The notes under the pieces were generated by a model, which ran no database searches, was not told where the DNA came from, and saw only the letters and a program-made list of their open reading frames with translations. From NCBI GenBank assembly GCA_030612025.1, contig JAUWOR010000003.1:64001-128000 (forward strand): a stretch of 64,000 nt of DNA. The letters run 5' to 3'. Positions 28,394-37,037 of this stretch are shown piece by piece (position 1 is the stretch's first letter; each line of letters opens with the position of its first letter). The stretch comes from Dehalococcoidia bacterium. Its GTDB lineage: Bacteria; Chloroflexota; Dehalococcoidia; GIF9; AB-539-J10. Made by a program: the position numbers and the translations under genes.

Positions 28394-28966
28394 GTGAATG
28401 ATACTGTAGACAGGCTGCTGGAGGCCAAGTTCTTCTTAGAGCGCATGAAGGAGACGCAGTCTAACCGTTTTGCTTTCAAATGCTATCTGACTGCATTCTT
28501 GAGTTTAGCACGAAGTGTCACTTGGATTATGCAAAAGGAATTCGATAAGGCTCCGGGTTTTGCGGGATGGTATGATGAGGTGCGTAGCAAGATGATAAAA
28601 GATAGTGATATGAACTTATTGAAGAAAAAACGAAATTTCACGATTAAAAAGAGCCCTGTTCAACTTCAAGCGCATGTTGACGTTTCTATCAGTGCTCCAA
28701 CGGCAAACATTACGGTTACCGCACATCCCCCGACTGTAATCATTACTAAAACTGATGGAACCGTTGAGCAGAGGGTGGAACCAGCGCCGACCCCATCACC
28801 TTCATCACCTGTGACCGGTGAGACAACAACTGAGGGTAAGGTAATAACAGAGTGGCGGTGGTTCTTCGATGACTTGCCAAATAAGGATGTTATCACTTGG
28901 TGCGAGGAGCAGGTGTCCAAACTAAACACTCTCGTTGCAGAATGCAAATCTAAGTTTGCATCTTAA
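28394..28966 (+). CDS. hypothetical protein, possibly HEPN-like
   Basis: EAKFFLERM..YLTAFL..ARSVT..MQKE, RNxxxK; GGAGG RBS. Confidence 0.6.
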   Translation: MNDTVDRLLEAKFFLERMKETQSNRFAFKCYLTAFLSLARSVTWIMQKEFDKAPGFAGWYDEVRSKMIKDSDMNLLKKKRNFTIKKSPVQLQAHVDVSISAPTANITVTAHPPTVIITKTDGTVEQRVEPAPTPSPSSPVTGETTTEGKVITEWRWFFDDLPNKDVITWCEEQVSKLNTLVAECKSKFAS

Positions 28967-29143
28967 GATAATATAAGTTTTCCTGAGAATCTGGTTGGTA
29001 CAGGCTACTTTCAACAATAGTCCATTTTGTTTAACCCATATATGAAGGGAGAGTTGATTTCAAAATGCTAGTGGAGCTAAGCTGCTTCAAAAAAGAGCCA
29101 ACAGCTTCTGTAGCTTTACTTGAGCGTTCCTCTACGGGAGTTC

Positions 29144-30079
29144 TTACTTCCTCTTGACCACCGACTTCACCGCTACCTCAATATCTTTGGCAGTCAATCC
29201 ATATCTTTGAAGCAGCTCATCGGCTTTGCCTGAGAGGGCATAGCTGTCTTTGAGGTTAACAAACTCCATAAGAATTGGTTTTTCCCTAGCTACCACTTGA
29301 GCAACACGGCTGCCTAAACCTCCCTGGGCTAGATGTTCTTCAGCAACAACAATAGCCCCTGTCTCTGAGGCTGCTCTGACTATGACTTCTTCATCTAAGG
29401 GCTTAAGGGTGGGCATGTTGATTACACGGCAATCTATCCCTTGCCTTGCCAAGATATCTGATGCCTCCAAAGCCCTGGCTACCATAATGCCCATAGTGAT
29501 AACGGTGGCATCCTCGCCTTGTCTCATGGTCACTGCCTTGCCCAAGGTAAAGTGATAGCTTTCAGGATAGACAAGTGGCGTTTTAGGGCGGCTTAGCCTG
29601 ATATAAAAAGGCCCATATGTGGCTGCAGCTACCTTTACTGCCTCGGCAGTCTCCATGGCATCGGCGGGAACAACAACAGTAAAGCCGGGCAGGGAACAAT
29701 ATAAAGCTAAGTCCTCAATGGCATGATGTGATGTGCCATCCTCACCCACGCTAATGCCACTATGAGTGGCTACGATTTTGACATTTAACCTGGGCTGAGA
29801 TAGACACATCCTTAGCTGGTCAAAACAGCGGCAGGAGGCAAAGACAGCAAAAGTGCTGGCAAATACTGTTTTCCCTGAGGCAGCCAAACCAGCCGCTATG
29901 GCGATCATATTTTGCTCTTCTAAGCCACAATCAAAAAAACGGTCTGGGAACTCCCGGGCAAAGAAGTGAGTCATGGTTGAAGGCGACAAATCAGCATCAA
30001 GGACAATGATATCCTTGTTTTCTTTGCCTAGCTCTACCAGAGTCTTGCCATAGGTTTCCCGAGTGGAGACTTTAATCAT
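29144..30079 (-). CDS. transketolase C-terminal subunit
   Basis: GLEEQNM, GEDGTSHH, EEH..GGLG. Confidence 0.93.
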   Translation of the reverse strand: MIKVSTRETYGKTLVELGKENKDIIVLDADLSPSTMTHFFAREFPDRFFDCGLEEQNMIAIAAGLAASGKTVFASTFAVFASCRCFDQLRMCLSQPRLNVKIVATHSGISVGEDGTSHHAIEDLALYCSLPGFTVVVPADAMETAEAVKVAAATYGPFYIRLSRPKTPLVYPESYHFTLGKAVTMRQGEDATVITMGIMVARALEASDILARQGIDCRVINMPTLKPLDEEVIVRAASETGAIVVAEEHLAQGGLGSRVAQVVAREKPILMEFVNLKDSYALSGKADELLQRYGLTAKDIEVAVKSVVKRK

Positions 30080-30082
30080 GAT

Positions 30083-30322
30083 TTCACCCTCACCTTAGTT
30101 CCTTCGCTACGCTCAGGACTAGCCTCACCTCCCATCGAGGGAGAGGAAAGTTGTTGATAGCCTTAATCCCCTCCCTTGAAGGGATATGAGATTGCTTCGC
30201 TGCGCTCGCAATGACAATAAAATACTCTCATTTTTTCGTAGTTGCCTTGGGTAATCAGGCAATATCGCCCAATAAATTGGGCAACTACATTTTTTAAAGC
30301 TTCGGCTCACCGCAATGACAGC
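30083..30322. repeat. mosaic of four REP-like palindrome families between tkt subunits
   Basis: caccctcacc..gagggagagg; ccttcgctacgctcagg; gagattgcttcg..ctcgcaatgac; inverted gtagttgcc..ggcaactac. Confidence 0.8.
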
Positions 30323-30324
30323 CA

Positions 30325-31221
30325 CTATTCTAGCTCCTTTAGCGCCCTTTCTGCTTCTTCTGGGGTAGGCGCCTTGCCATGAAATTTTGCCTTGTTTTCC
30401 ATAAAACTGACACCTTTGCCTTTGATAGTGCGGGCAATGATGACAGGGGGCTTGTTTTTAATTTTTTCAGCTTCCTTGAAAGCAGCTAGAATTTGATTGA
30501 AGTCGTGACCATCTACATCAATAGTGTGCCAGCCAAAAGCTTGCCATTTCTGGCTCAAAGGCTCAAGGTTCATGATATCTCGAGTCCAGCCAGTGAGCTG
30601 AATTTGGTTGCAATCCACGATTGCAGTTAAGTTATCTATTTTGAAGTGGGCGGCTGAGAGAGCCGCTTCCCAAGTTTGTCCTTCATCACATTCCCCATCG
30701 CTAAGGAGGACGTAGGTTCTATAGTCACGATGGTCAAGCTTAGCGGCTAAAGCAACACCAATACCAAAGGATAAACCCATGCCTAGAGAGCCGGCGGACA
30801 TCTCCCCTCCGGGAGTAAGATTCCTATCAGTATGTCCCTGAAGTCGGCTATCCAGCTTTCTTAGGGTAGCTAATTCCTCCACGGGGAAATAGCCACTTTC
30901 AGCTAAGGCGGCATATAAGATTGGGGCAGCGTGTCCTTTGCTCAATATGAATCGGTCGCGGTCTAGCCACTGGGGATTTTGCGGGTTATGGCGCATAGCT
31001 TTGAAGTAAAGTGCGGTGATAATATCAGCGGCTGATAGAGAACCGCCTGGATGCCCGCTGCCCGCTGTGGCTGTCATAGTAATTACATGACGACGCAGCC
31101 TTTTAGCCATTTCTTTAAGCTCCTCTATAGACAAGTTGAATGTGTTAGCTTGCGAGGCAGGCTCAGGAGGTACTTTGATATGATTTGGCATCTGTTGCGT
31201 GGGTAAATTGTAACCTAGCAA
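30325..31221 (-). CDS. transketolase N-terminal subunit (true start probably downstream)
   Basis: SGHPGGSLS, DRFILSKGH, SDGECDEG TPP motif. Confidence 0.93.
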   Translation of the reverse strand: MLGYNLPTQQMPNHIKVPPEPASQANTFNLSIEELKEMAKRLRRHVITMTATAGSGHPGGSLSAADIITALYFKAMRHNPQNPQWLDRDRFILSKGHAAPILYAALAESGYFPVEELATLRKLDSRLQGHTDRNLTPGGEMSAGSLGMGLSFGIGVALAAKLDHRDYRTYVLLSDGECDEGQTWEAALSAAHFKIDNLTAIVDCNQIQLTGWTRDIMNLEPLSQKWQAFGWHTIDVDGHDFNQILAAFKEAEKIKNKPPVIIARTIKGKGVSFMENKAKFHGKAPTPEEAERALKELE

Positions 31222-31325
31222 TAGCCTATATGTCTATGGCTATTGACAAATATTTCTAAGTTTTTGTAGACAATCCCGCTCCTAGCTAAGAAATACTGGG
31301 CAAATTTAGGTATAATACGGCAAAA

Positions 31326-32183
31326 GTGATTATAGACTTTCACACTCATATATTCCCTCCCTGGATAAAGGAACGGCGTGATGAATATCTCAAGCGTGAT
31401 TCCTGCTTCTCCCTGCTTTATTCTCAACCAAAAGCTAAACTGGTAACCGCTGAAGAGTTGATTGCCAGCATGGATAAGAACGGGATTGATTTATCCGTTG
31501 CTCTCAATATAGGTTGGGTGAGCCATGAACTTTGTGTGGAAACTAACGATTATATCCTGGATTCCATATCACGCTATCCCGACAGGCTTATCGGCTTCTG
31601 TAGCGTTCAACCTAAGGCTGGGGATGCTGCTATAATTGAGCTAGAGCGCTGTGCCAAAGCCGGAGCTAGAGGGATTGGGGAAATGAGGTCTGATGTGCAG
31701 GGCTTTGACCTGACAGATAAAACGATTATGAAGCCTCTAGTTGATGCCGCGAGGAAACACAATTTAATTTTTCTAACCCATTCCTCCGAGCCTGTGGGAC
31801 ATCAATATATTGGCAAAGGCAGCATTACTCCCGACGTCCTCTACTCTTTTGTATTAAGCTTCCCCGATTTGAAGCTGGTTTGTGCCCATTGGGGTGGTGG
31901 TTTGCCCTTCTACGCCTTAATGCCTGAGGTAGCTCAAGTGTTGACTAACGTTTTCTTTGATACCGCCGCCACCGTTTTTCTTTACCAACCTCAGATTTTC
32001 CCACAGGTGAGCGACATTATTGGCAGTGACAAAATACTCTTTGGCAGTGATTATCCTCTTATTTCCCAAAGTCGAATAATGGCTCAAATCCAGTCTCTCA
32101 AACTTGCCAAAAGGGACAAAACTAAAATTTTGGGTGGCAATGCCCTCAAATTGCTGTCTAAAGGGGGCCGTTTAAAAATGTAG
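31326..32183 (+). CDS. amidohydrolase_2 family protein
   Basis: IDFHTH, AHWGGG, FGSDYP. Confidence 0.9.
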   Translation: MIIDFHTHIFPPWIKERRDEYLKRDSCFSLLYSQPKAKLVTAEELIASMDKNGIDLSVALNIGWVSHELCVETNDYILDSISRYPDRLIGFCSVQPKAGDAAIIELERCAKAGARGIGEMRSDVQGFDLTDKTIMKPLVDAARKHNLIFLTHSSEPVGHQYIGKGSITPDVLYSFVLSFPDLKLVCAHWGGGLPFYALMPEVAQVLTNVFFDTAATVFLYQPQIFPQVSDIIGSDKILFGSDYPLISQSRIMAQIQSLKLAKRDKTKILGGNALKLLSKGGRLKM

Positions 32184-32276
32184 TTGCCCAATTTATTGGG
32201 CGATAGAAGCCTGATGAATCAGGCAACTACAAAAATTTCGGGGTAAAATATCCCTAAATTATCTAAATTTGAACGA
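32166..32276. repeat. truncated MITE/REP copy supplying the amidohydrolase stop codon
   Basis: ggccgtttaaaaatgTAGttgccc...; TAG at 32181-32183 lies in the repeat. Confidence 0.75.
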
Positions 32277-32877
32277 GGCAAAGTTGGCACATAATTCTGA
32301 ACAAATCCGCTCTTTTATCGCTATCGAATTGCCCCGGAATGTTAAAAACGGGCTGGCACAGTTAAGAAATGAGCTGGAAAGAGCCGAGCACCCCTTTATC
32401 AAATGGGTGAATCCTGAAAGCATCCACTTAACTTTAAAGTTTTTGGGCAATGTTCCTCTTAAGCAAGTAGCTGAGATAACCAAAGCTATAGAAACAGCCA
32501 GCAAGGGAATTTCTCCTTTCCATCTGGAGATTTCAGGTTTGGGGGGATTCCCTAATCTAAAGCAGCCTCGTGTCCTTTGGGTTGGCATCAAAGGAGAGAT
32601 AGATAAGTTATTGAGCTTGCAACAAAACATTGATTTGGCACTTGCTCCTTTAGGCTTTGCTAAAGAGGAACGTCCCTTTGTGCCGCATCTAACCTTAGCT
32701 CGCATCAGGCAGGGAGCATCACCTAAGGAAAGAAAGAGTTTTGGCGAACTAGTAATGTCTACCAGTTCCGAAACCAGCTATCCTTTTGATGTTGAGGCTG
32801 TTAGCCTTATGAGAAGTCAGCTAACACCCGCTGGAGCTATTTATACCCGCCTATTTATGATAAAGTTAGAGACCTAG
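32269..32877 (+). CDS. thpR: RNA 2',3'-cyclic phosphodiesterase
   Basis: Two HxT motifs (HLTLKFLG, PHLTLAR). Confidence 0.92.
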   Translation: MNEAKLAHNSEQIRSFIAIELPRNVKNGLAQLRNELERAEHPFIKWVNPESIHLTLKFLGNVPLKQVAEITKAIETASKGISPFHLEISGLGGFPNLKQPRVLWVGIKGEIDKLLSLQQNIDLALAPLGFAKEERPFVPHLTLARIRQGASPKERKSFGELVMSTSSETSYPFDVEAVSLMRSQLTPAGAIYTRLFMIKLET

Positions 32878-33014
32878 AGACTGAGAAAGGCTAATTGAAA
32901 AACAAAATTTTTCAGATCAAACTTAAATTTCGCTTGCCAACAACTTGTTTTTAGTATATCCTTACTGTTTTTAGTATATGCCATAATAAATATTTATGAT
33001 TGGGAGGTGGAAAC

Positions 33015-33221
33015 ATGGAAAATACTTCGTTCCCCAAATGTCTGAAGTGCGGCACTGGCGATTTGGTGCCCCTCTCTGATTTCAGTCAGGGTGGAGAGGT
33101 TCGTTACAAAGCATGGGTATGCACTAATCCTGATTGCGGCTACAACATCAAGATCAGGAAGGGCGATGTATATCTAAACGAACCTATTCTCAGTGGAGAG
33201 CTTCAAACTCGCTCACGCTGA
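33015..33221 (+). CDS. small Zn-ribbon protein
   Basis: CLKC...CTNPDC; GGAGG RBS. Confidence 0.7.
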   Translation: MENTSFPKCLKCGTGDLVPLSDFSQGGEVRYKAWVCTNPDCGYNIKIRKGDVYLNEPILSGELQTRSR

Positions 33222-33943
33222 AAACCGGCGTACCAATAGTAGGTTTGTCTCAATTAAGTCGACTGGCTGAGTTAGCGATTGATTCCTTTTTTCCACGTCA
33301 TTGCGTTGGCTGTGGGAAAGTAGGTAGTTTTTTGTGCTCTAATTGCCGTAGAAAACTACCAAAATTGCTATCGCCACTTTGCCCCAAATGTGGCAGACCC
33401 CAAGCTAGTGGCATTCTATGTCCAAGTTGCCGGCAACTACAAAGCGAAATTGATGGTATCCGTTCTCCATTTCGTTTTGATGAAGTGATGCGCAAGGCCA
33501 TCCATCAACTAAAGTACCAGAATTTGAAGGCGCTTTCCCTTTGCTTAGCTGAGTTATTAGCTGATTACCTGCGGTCAACTCCTTTGCCTGGCGAAGCTCT
33601 CGTTCCAGTGCCCCTCCACCCACGACGACTGAGGGAGCGGGGTTATAATCAATCAAGCCTTCTGGCTCGGGAATTGGGTAAGCTCACAAACTTGCCTGTG
33701 ATTAAAGATTGTCTTATTCGAGTTAAAGAGGCAAAACCTCAGGTAAAAGCATCGAATATAGAGGAGCGGCGAAGGAACGTAGCCAATGCCTTCACCTGTC
33801 AGAATGGAAAGGCAAGTGGTAAACAGATTATCCTCATTGATGATGTGTGCACTTCTGGAGCTACACTGGAGTCCTGTGCTGCGGCTCTCAAAAGTAGCGG
33901 TGCTATTTCAGTATGGGGCTTAACCTTAGCCAGAGAAATCTAA
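33134..33943 (+). CDS. comF: ComF family protein (true start probably near 33245)
   Basis: Zn-ribbon Cys, RGYNQS, IDDVCTSGAT. Confidence 0.9.
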   Translation: MRLQHQDQEGRCISKRTYSQWRASNSLTLKTGVPIVGLSQLSRLAELAIDSFFPRHCVGCGKVGSFLCSNCRRKLPKLLSPLCPKCGRPQASGILCPSCRQLQSEIDGIRSPFRFDEVMRKAIHQLKYQNLKALSLCLAELLADYLRSTPLPGEALVPVPLHPRRLRERGYNQSSLLARELGKLTNLPVIKDCLIRVKEAKPQVKASNIEERRRNVANAFTCQNGKASGKQIILIDDVCTSGATLESCAAALKSSGAISVWGLTLAREI

Positions 33944-33954
33944 AAGGGGGGAAC

Positions 33955-34500
33955 ATGAATCTGCAAATCATTACCAAAAATGTGGAAGCCTCTAAAGCAA
34001 TACAAGAGCAAGCCAAGAAAAAGATTGGCAAACTAAGCCGTTATTTGCCCGCTATTGGTGAAGGCAAGGTCGAGATTTCCGAGGAAAAGACAAAGCTGCC
34101 TGAGCAAAGATTTACCGTTCAGGTTACCCTTGATAGTAAAGGCACCTTAATCAGAGCTCAGGAAAAAGCTGCGAATATCCGCACAGCCATAGATAAGGTA
34201 ATGGATGCGCTAACCAGCCGAATTGAACGATACAAAGGTAAGCTATATGACAAAGGCAGAGGCATTTCCCTGGCCCGCCAAGGAGCAACAGAAGAGGCGG
34301 AGGAAGTTGAAGCACCAGAAAGAGTAGTGAAGAGTAAGCATTTCCTGGTCAAACCCATGCTTCAAGATGAAGCCATAAATCAAATGGATCTTCTGGGACA
34401 TGACTTTTTCCTTTTTATCAATGCTGAAACTGGCAATATTAACCTGTTATACCGCCGCAAAGACGGCGATTATGGCTTGATTGAGCCTGAGCTGGAGTAG
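33955..34500 (+). CDS. hpf: ribosome hibernation factor (long HPF)
   Basis: KKIGKLSRY, KPM..EAINQM.LLGHDFF, YRRKDGDYGLIEPE. Confidence 0.92.
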   Translation: MNLQIITKNVEASKAIQEQAKKKIGKLSRYLPAIGEGKVEISEEKTKLPEQRFTVQVTLDSKGTLIRAQEKAANIRTAIDKVMDALTSRIERYKGKLYDKGRGISLARQGATEEAEEVEAPERVVKSKHFLVKPMLQDEAINQMDLLGHDFFLFINAETGNINLLYRRKDGDYGLIEPELE

Positions 34501-34834
34501 TAAGGTGAGCTAAAATGCTGATAGTTCCATTTTTGCTTGGCTACAATAGGGTGATGCGGCTCTTGCTCGACCAACCCGAATGCAGAATATAGCAGTGACG
34601 GTATAATTCAAAAAGAAGATAGCTTCTTGCCGTCACTTTTCGCCGCCGAAAGGGAATCTTTGAGACGCAACTTGCAGGAAATAACCAAATCCCCCGTTTT
34701 TAGTTTTTGAGCTAAGCTTTCGTGCTATAATCAACGTAGAACTTCCCAGATCGGATGGTGCAGGCAACCAGTTTGTTTATCATGTGGGCGAAGACTAGTC
34801 CATGACTAGAAGCAGTGGTTTGGGGGCTGTTTAG

Positions 34835-36322
34835 ATGGCTCAGCAAAAACTCTCCGAAGAAAAAATGACCCGTGAAGAACTAGGGCAACATCTTTGGAAG
34901 GCGGCAGATGTTTTAAGAGGACCTATTGAGGTTTCCGAGTATAAAAACTACATCTTGAGCTTGCTGTTTTACAAAAGACTATCCGATGTCTTCGCGGAAG
35001 AATATCAAGAGAATCTGGAAAAATATCGCGATGAGGATATTGCCAGAGAAAAATTTCACCGCTTTCCCATACCTTCGGGATGCCTATGGGAAGACATCAG
35101 GCAGATTGGAGCTAACATCGGGCAGAGGCTCAATGAAGCCTTGGATAGCATAACTAAAGCAAACTCAGAGCTAGAAGGGGTCATCAACCGAACTGACTTC
35201 AACGATAAAGAACGACTTTCTGAAGATAGACTTATCAAACTTATAGAACATTTCAGCGGTGTCAAATTAGGCAACCGCAGTGTTGACCCTGATGTGCTAG
35301 GTTGGGCATATGAATATCTGATCAAACAGTTCGCTGACACTGCTGGCAAAAAGGGTGGAGAATTCTATACGCCCAAGGAAGTGGTTCGCACTATGGTTAA
35401 AGTCCTTGACCCTGACGAGGGATACGAGATTTATGACCCTGCTTGCGGCTCCGGCGGTATGCTAATCCAGGCTCACTATCACCTCAAAGACAAGGGCAAA
35501 GACCCCAGAAAACTCTTTCTCTACGGACAGGAGATTAATGTTCTCACTTGGGCAATCGCCAAAATGAATGTCCTTCTCCATGATATGGAAGCATTTATCT
35601 ATCAGGGGGACACTTTCTCCAACCCTAAATTTCTGGAAAGGGATGGGAGTCTCAAGAATTTCGATATTGTTTTGGCTAATCCTATGTGGAATCAGGATGG
35701 CTACAAGTCAGCTATGGAGAGTGACCAATTTAACCGCTTTGTATATGGCATCGCCCCCAATTCCTCAGCCGACTGGGGGTGGATCCAGCACATGTTGGCT
35801 AGTCTAAAGCCTAGCGGAAGGATGGGCATTGTCTTGGATAATGGCGTTTTATTCAGAGGCGGAGCCGAAAACAGAATTAGGAAAAAGGCGGTGGACAGAG
35901 ATTTAGTCGAGTGCGTCATCGCCCTGCCCGAGAAGCTCTTCTACAACACTGGCGCACCGGGTTGTATTCTAATTCTAAATAAGGACAAGCAGGCGGAGAG
36001 AAAAGAGAAGGTTCTGTTCATCTATACCTCAAGTGGCTTTGAGAAACTGAAGAACATGAACCGACTGCGAGATGAAGACATTGATAAAATCGCTGCTGTT
36101 TATAAAGAATTTAGAGATATAGATAAGTATGCCAAAGTTGTATCTCTTGAGAGCATAAGAGCTAGTGACTACAACCTAAGCGTTACCCGCTATGTTGATG
36201 TATTTGGTGAAGATAAGCAAGTGGATATTCCCTTGGTTCTAGAGGAGCTAAATAGTCTGGAGGGAGCTCGATTTGAAATTGAAGGAAGGTTAAAGAATTA
36301 CCTTAAGGAGATAAATTTATGA
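34835..36322 (+). CDS. hsdM: type I R-M methyltransferase
   Basis: LWKAADVLRG, GEFYTP, DPACGSGG, NPMW. Confidence 0.95.
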   Translation: MAQQKLSEEKMTREELGQHLWKAADVLRGPIEVSEYKNYILSLLFYKRLSDVFAEEYQENLEKYRDEDIAREKFHRFPIPSGCLWEDIRQIGANIGQRLNEALDSITKANSELEGVINRTDFNDKERLSEDRLIKLIEHFSGVKLGNRSVDPDVLGWAYEYLIKQFADTAGKKGGEFYTPKEVVRTMVKVLDPDEGYEIYDPACGSGGMLIQAHYHLKDKGKDPRKLFLYGQEINVLTWAIAKMNVLLHDMEAFIYQGDTFSNPKFLERDGSLKNFDIVLANPMWNQDGYKSAMESDQFNRFVYGIAPNSSADWGWIQHMLASLKPSGRMGIVLDNGVLFRGGAENRIRKKAVDRDLVECVIALPEKLFYNTGAPGCILILNKDKQAERKEKVLFIYTSSGFEKLKNMNRLRDEDIDKIAAVYKEFRDIDKYAKVVSLESIRASDYNLSVTRYVDVFGEDKQVDIPLVLEELNSLEGARFEIEGRLKNYLKEINL

Positions 36323-36642
36323 AAGACAGGAGAGGAATTGAGCAAATCTTGCATCAGTTCAAGGACGAAATTAGAAAAGTTTGTAATGAAAAATTTATTG
36401 ACCTGATTTTATTTGGCTCTTACGTAAGGGGAGATTATTCAGAGGACTCAGACATTGATGTTTTGCTCATGGTTAAGGAAGAACTTAGCAGAGACGAAAA
36501 GGATAAAATTGCTAAGCTGTTAGCTCATTTTTCGCTTGAATATAATGTCCTAATTTCATGCATTGATTATCCCTATGCGTTGTTTAAGGAGTATAACACG
36601 CCGTTCTTACTCAATGTGAAAGAAGAGGGCGTAAACATATGA
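36319..36642 (+). CDS. MNT minimal nucleotidyltransferase
   Basis: LFGSYVRGDYSEDSDIDV. Confidence 0.9.
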   Translation: MKDRRGIEQILHQFKDEIRKVCNEKFIDLILFGSYVRGDYSEDSDIDVLLMVKEELSRDEKDKIAKLLAHFSLEYNVLISCIDYPYALFKEYNTPFLLNVKEEGVNI

Positions 36643-37037
36643 GCTATGAAAAAGAAATAAAGGCTTTAATCCTGAAAGCTGAGAGAAGCCTGAGAGCTGG
36701 GCAAAGCTTATTTACCCAAGGAGATTATGATTTTGCCATTTCAAGAGCTTATTACGCCATGTTTTATTGTGCTGAAGCCTTGCTTTTGACGAAAAAATTG
36801 AAATTTTCCAGGCATTCGGCGGTAATATCCTCTTTCGGCCAAGAATTTGTTAAAACTGGTGTTTTGCCAGAGGAGCTACATACTTATTTCGTGAAGGCCT
36901 TCCGAGAGAGACAAAGAGGTGACTATGAGGTTGTAATATTCCCTTCCAGAGCGGAAGCGGAAGATATTATTGAGGAGTCTCAAGTTTTCCTGCAAGAAAC
37001 TAAGGAATACCTGGGGAAACTAGGTTATGAAAGATAA
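36639..37037 (+). CDS. HEPN domain protein
   Basis: AISRAYYAMF, H..VI..FG, RQRGDY. Confidence 0.9.
   Translation: MSYEKEIKALILKAERSLRAGQSLFTQGDYDFAISRAYYAMFYCAEALLLTKKLKFSRHSAVISSFGQEFVKTGVLPEELHTYFVKAFRERQRGDYEVVIFPSRAEAEDIIEESQVFLQETKEYLGKLGYER

Noticed and set aside
30125-30325. 66-aa ORF between tkt subunits
   Set aside because: Entirely a translation of the repeat mosaic
21785-32276. Palindromic repeats as a CRISPR array or integron attC sites
   Set aside because: Dispersed over kilobases, no regular spacers, no cas or intI, no RYYYAAC/GTTRRRY ends
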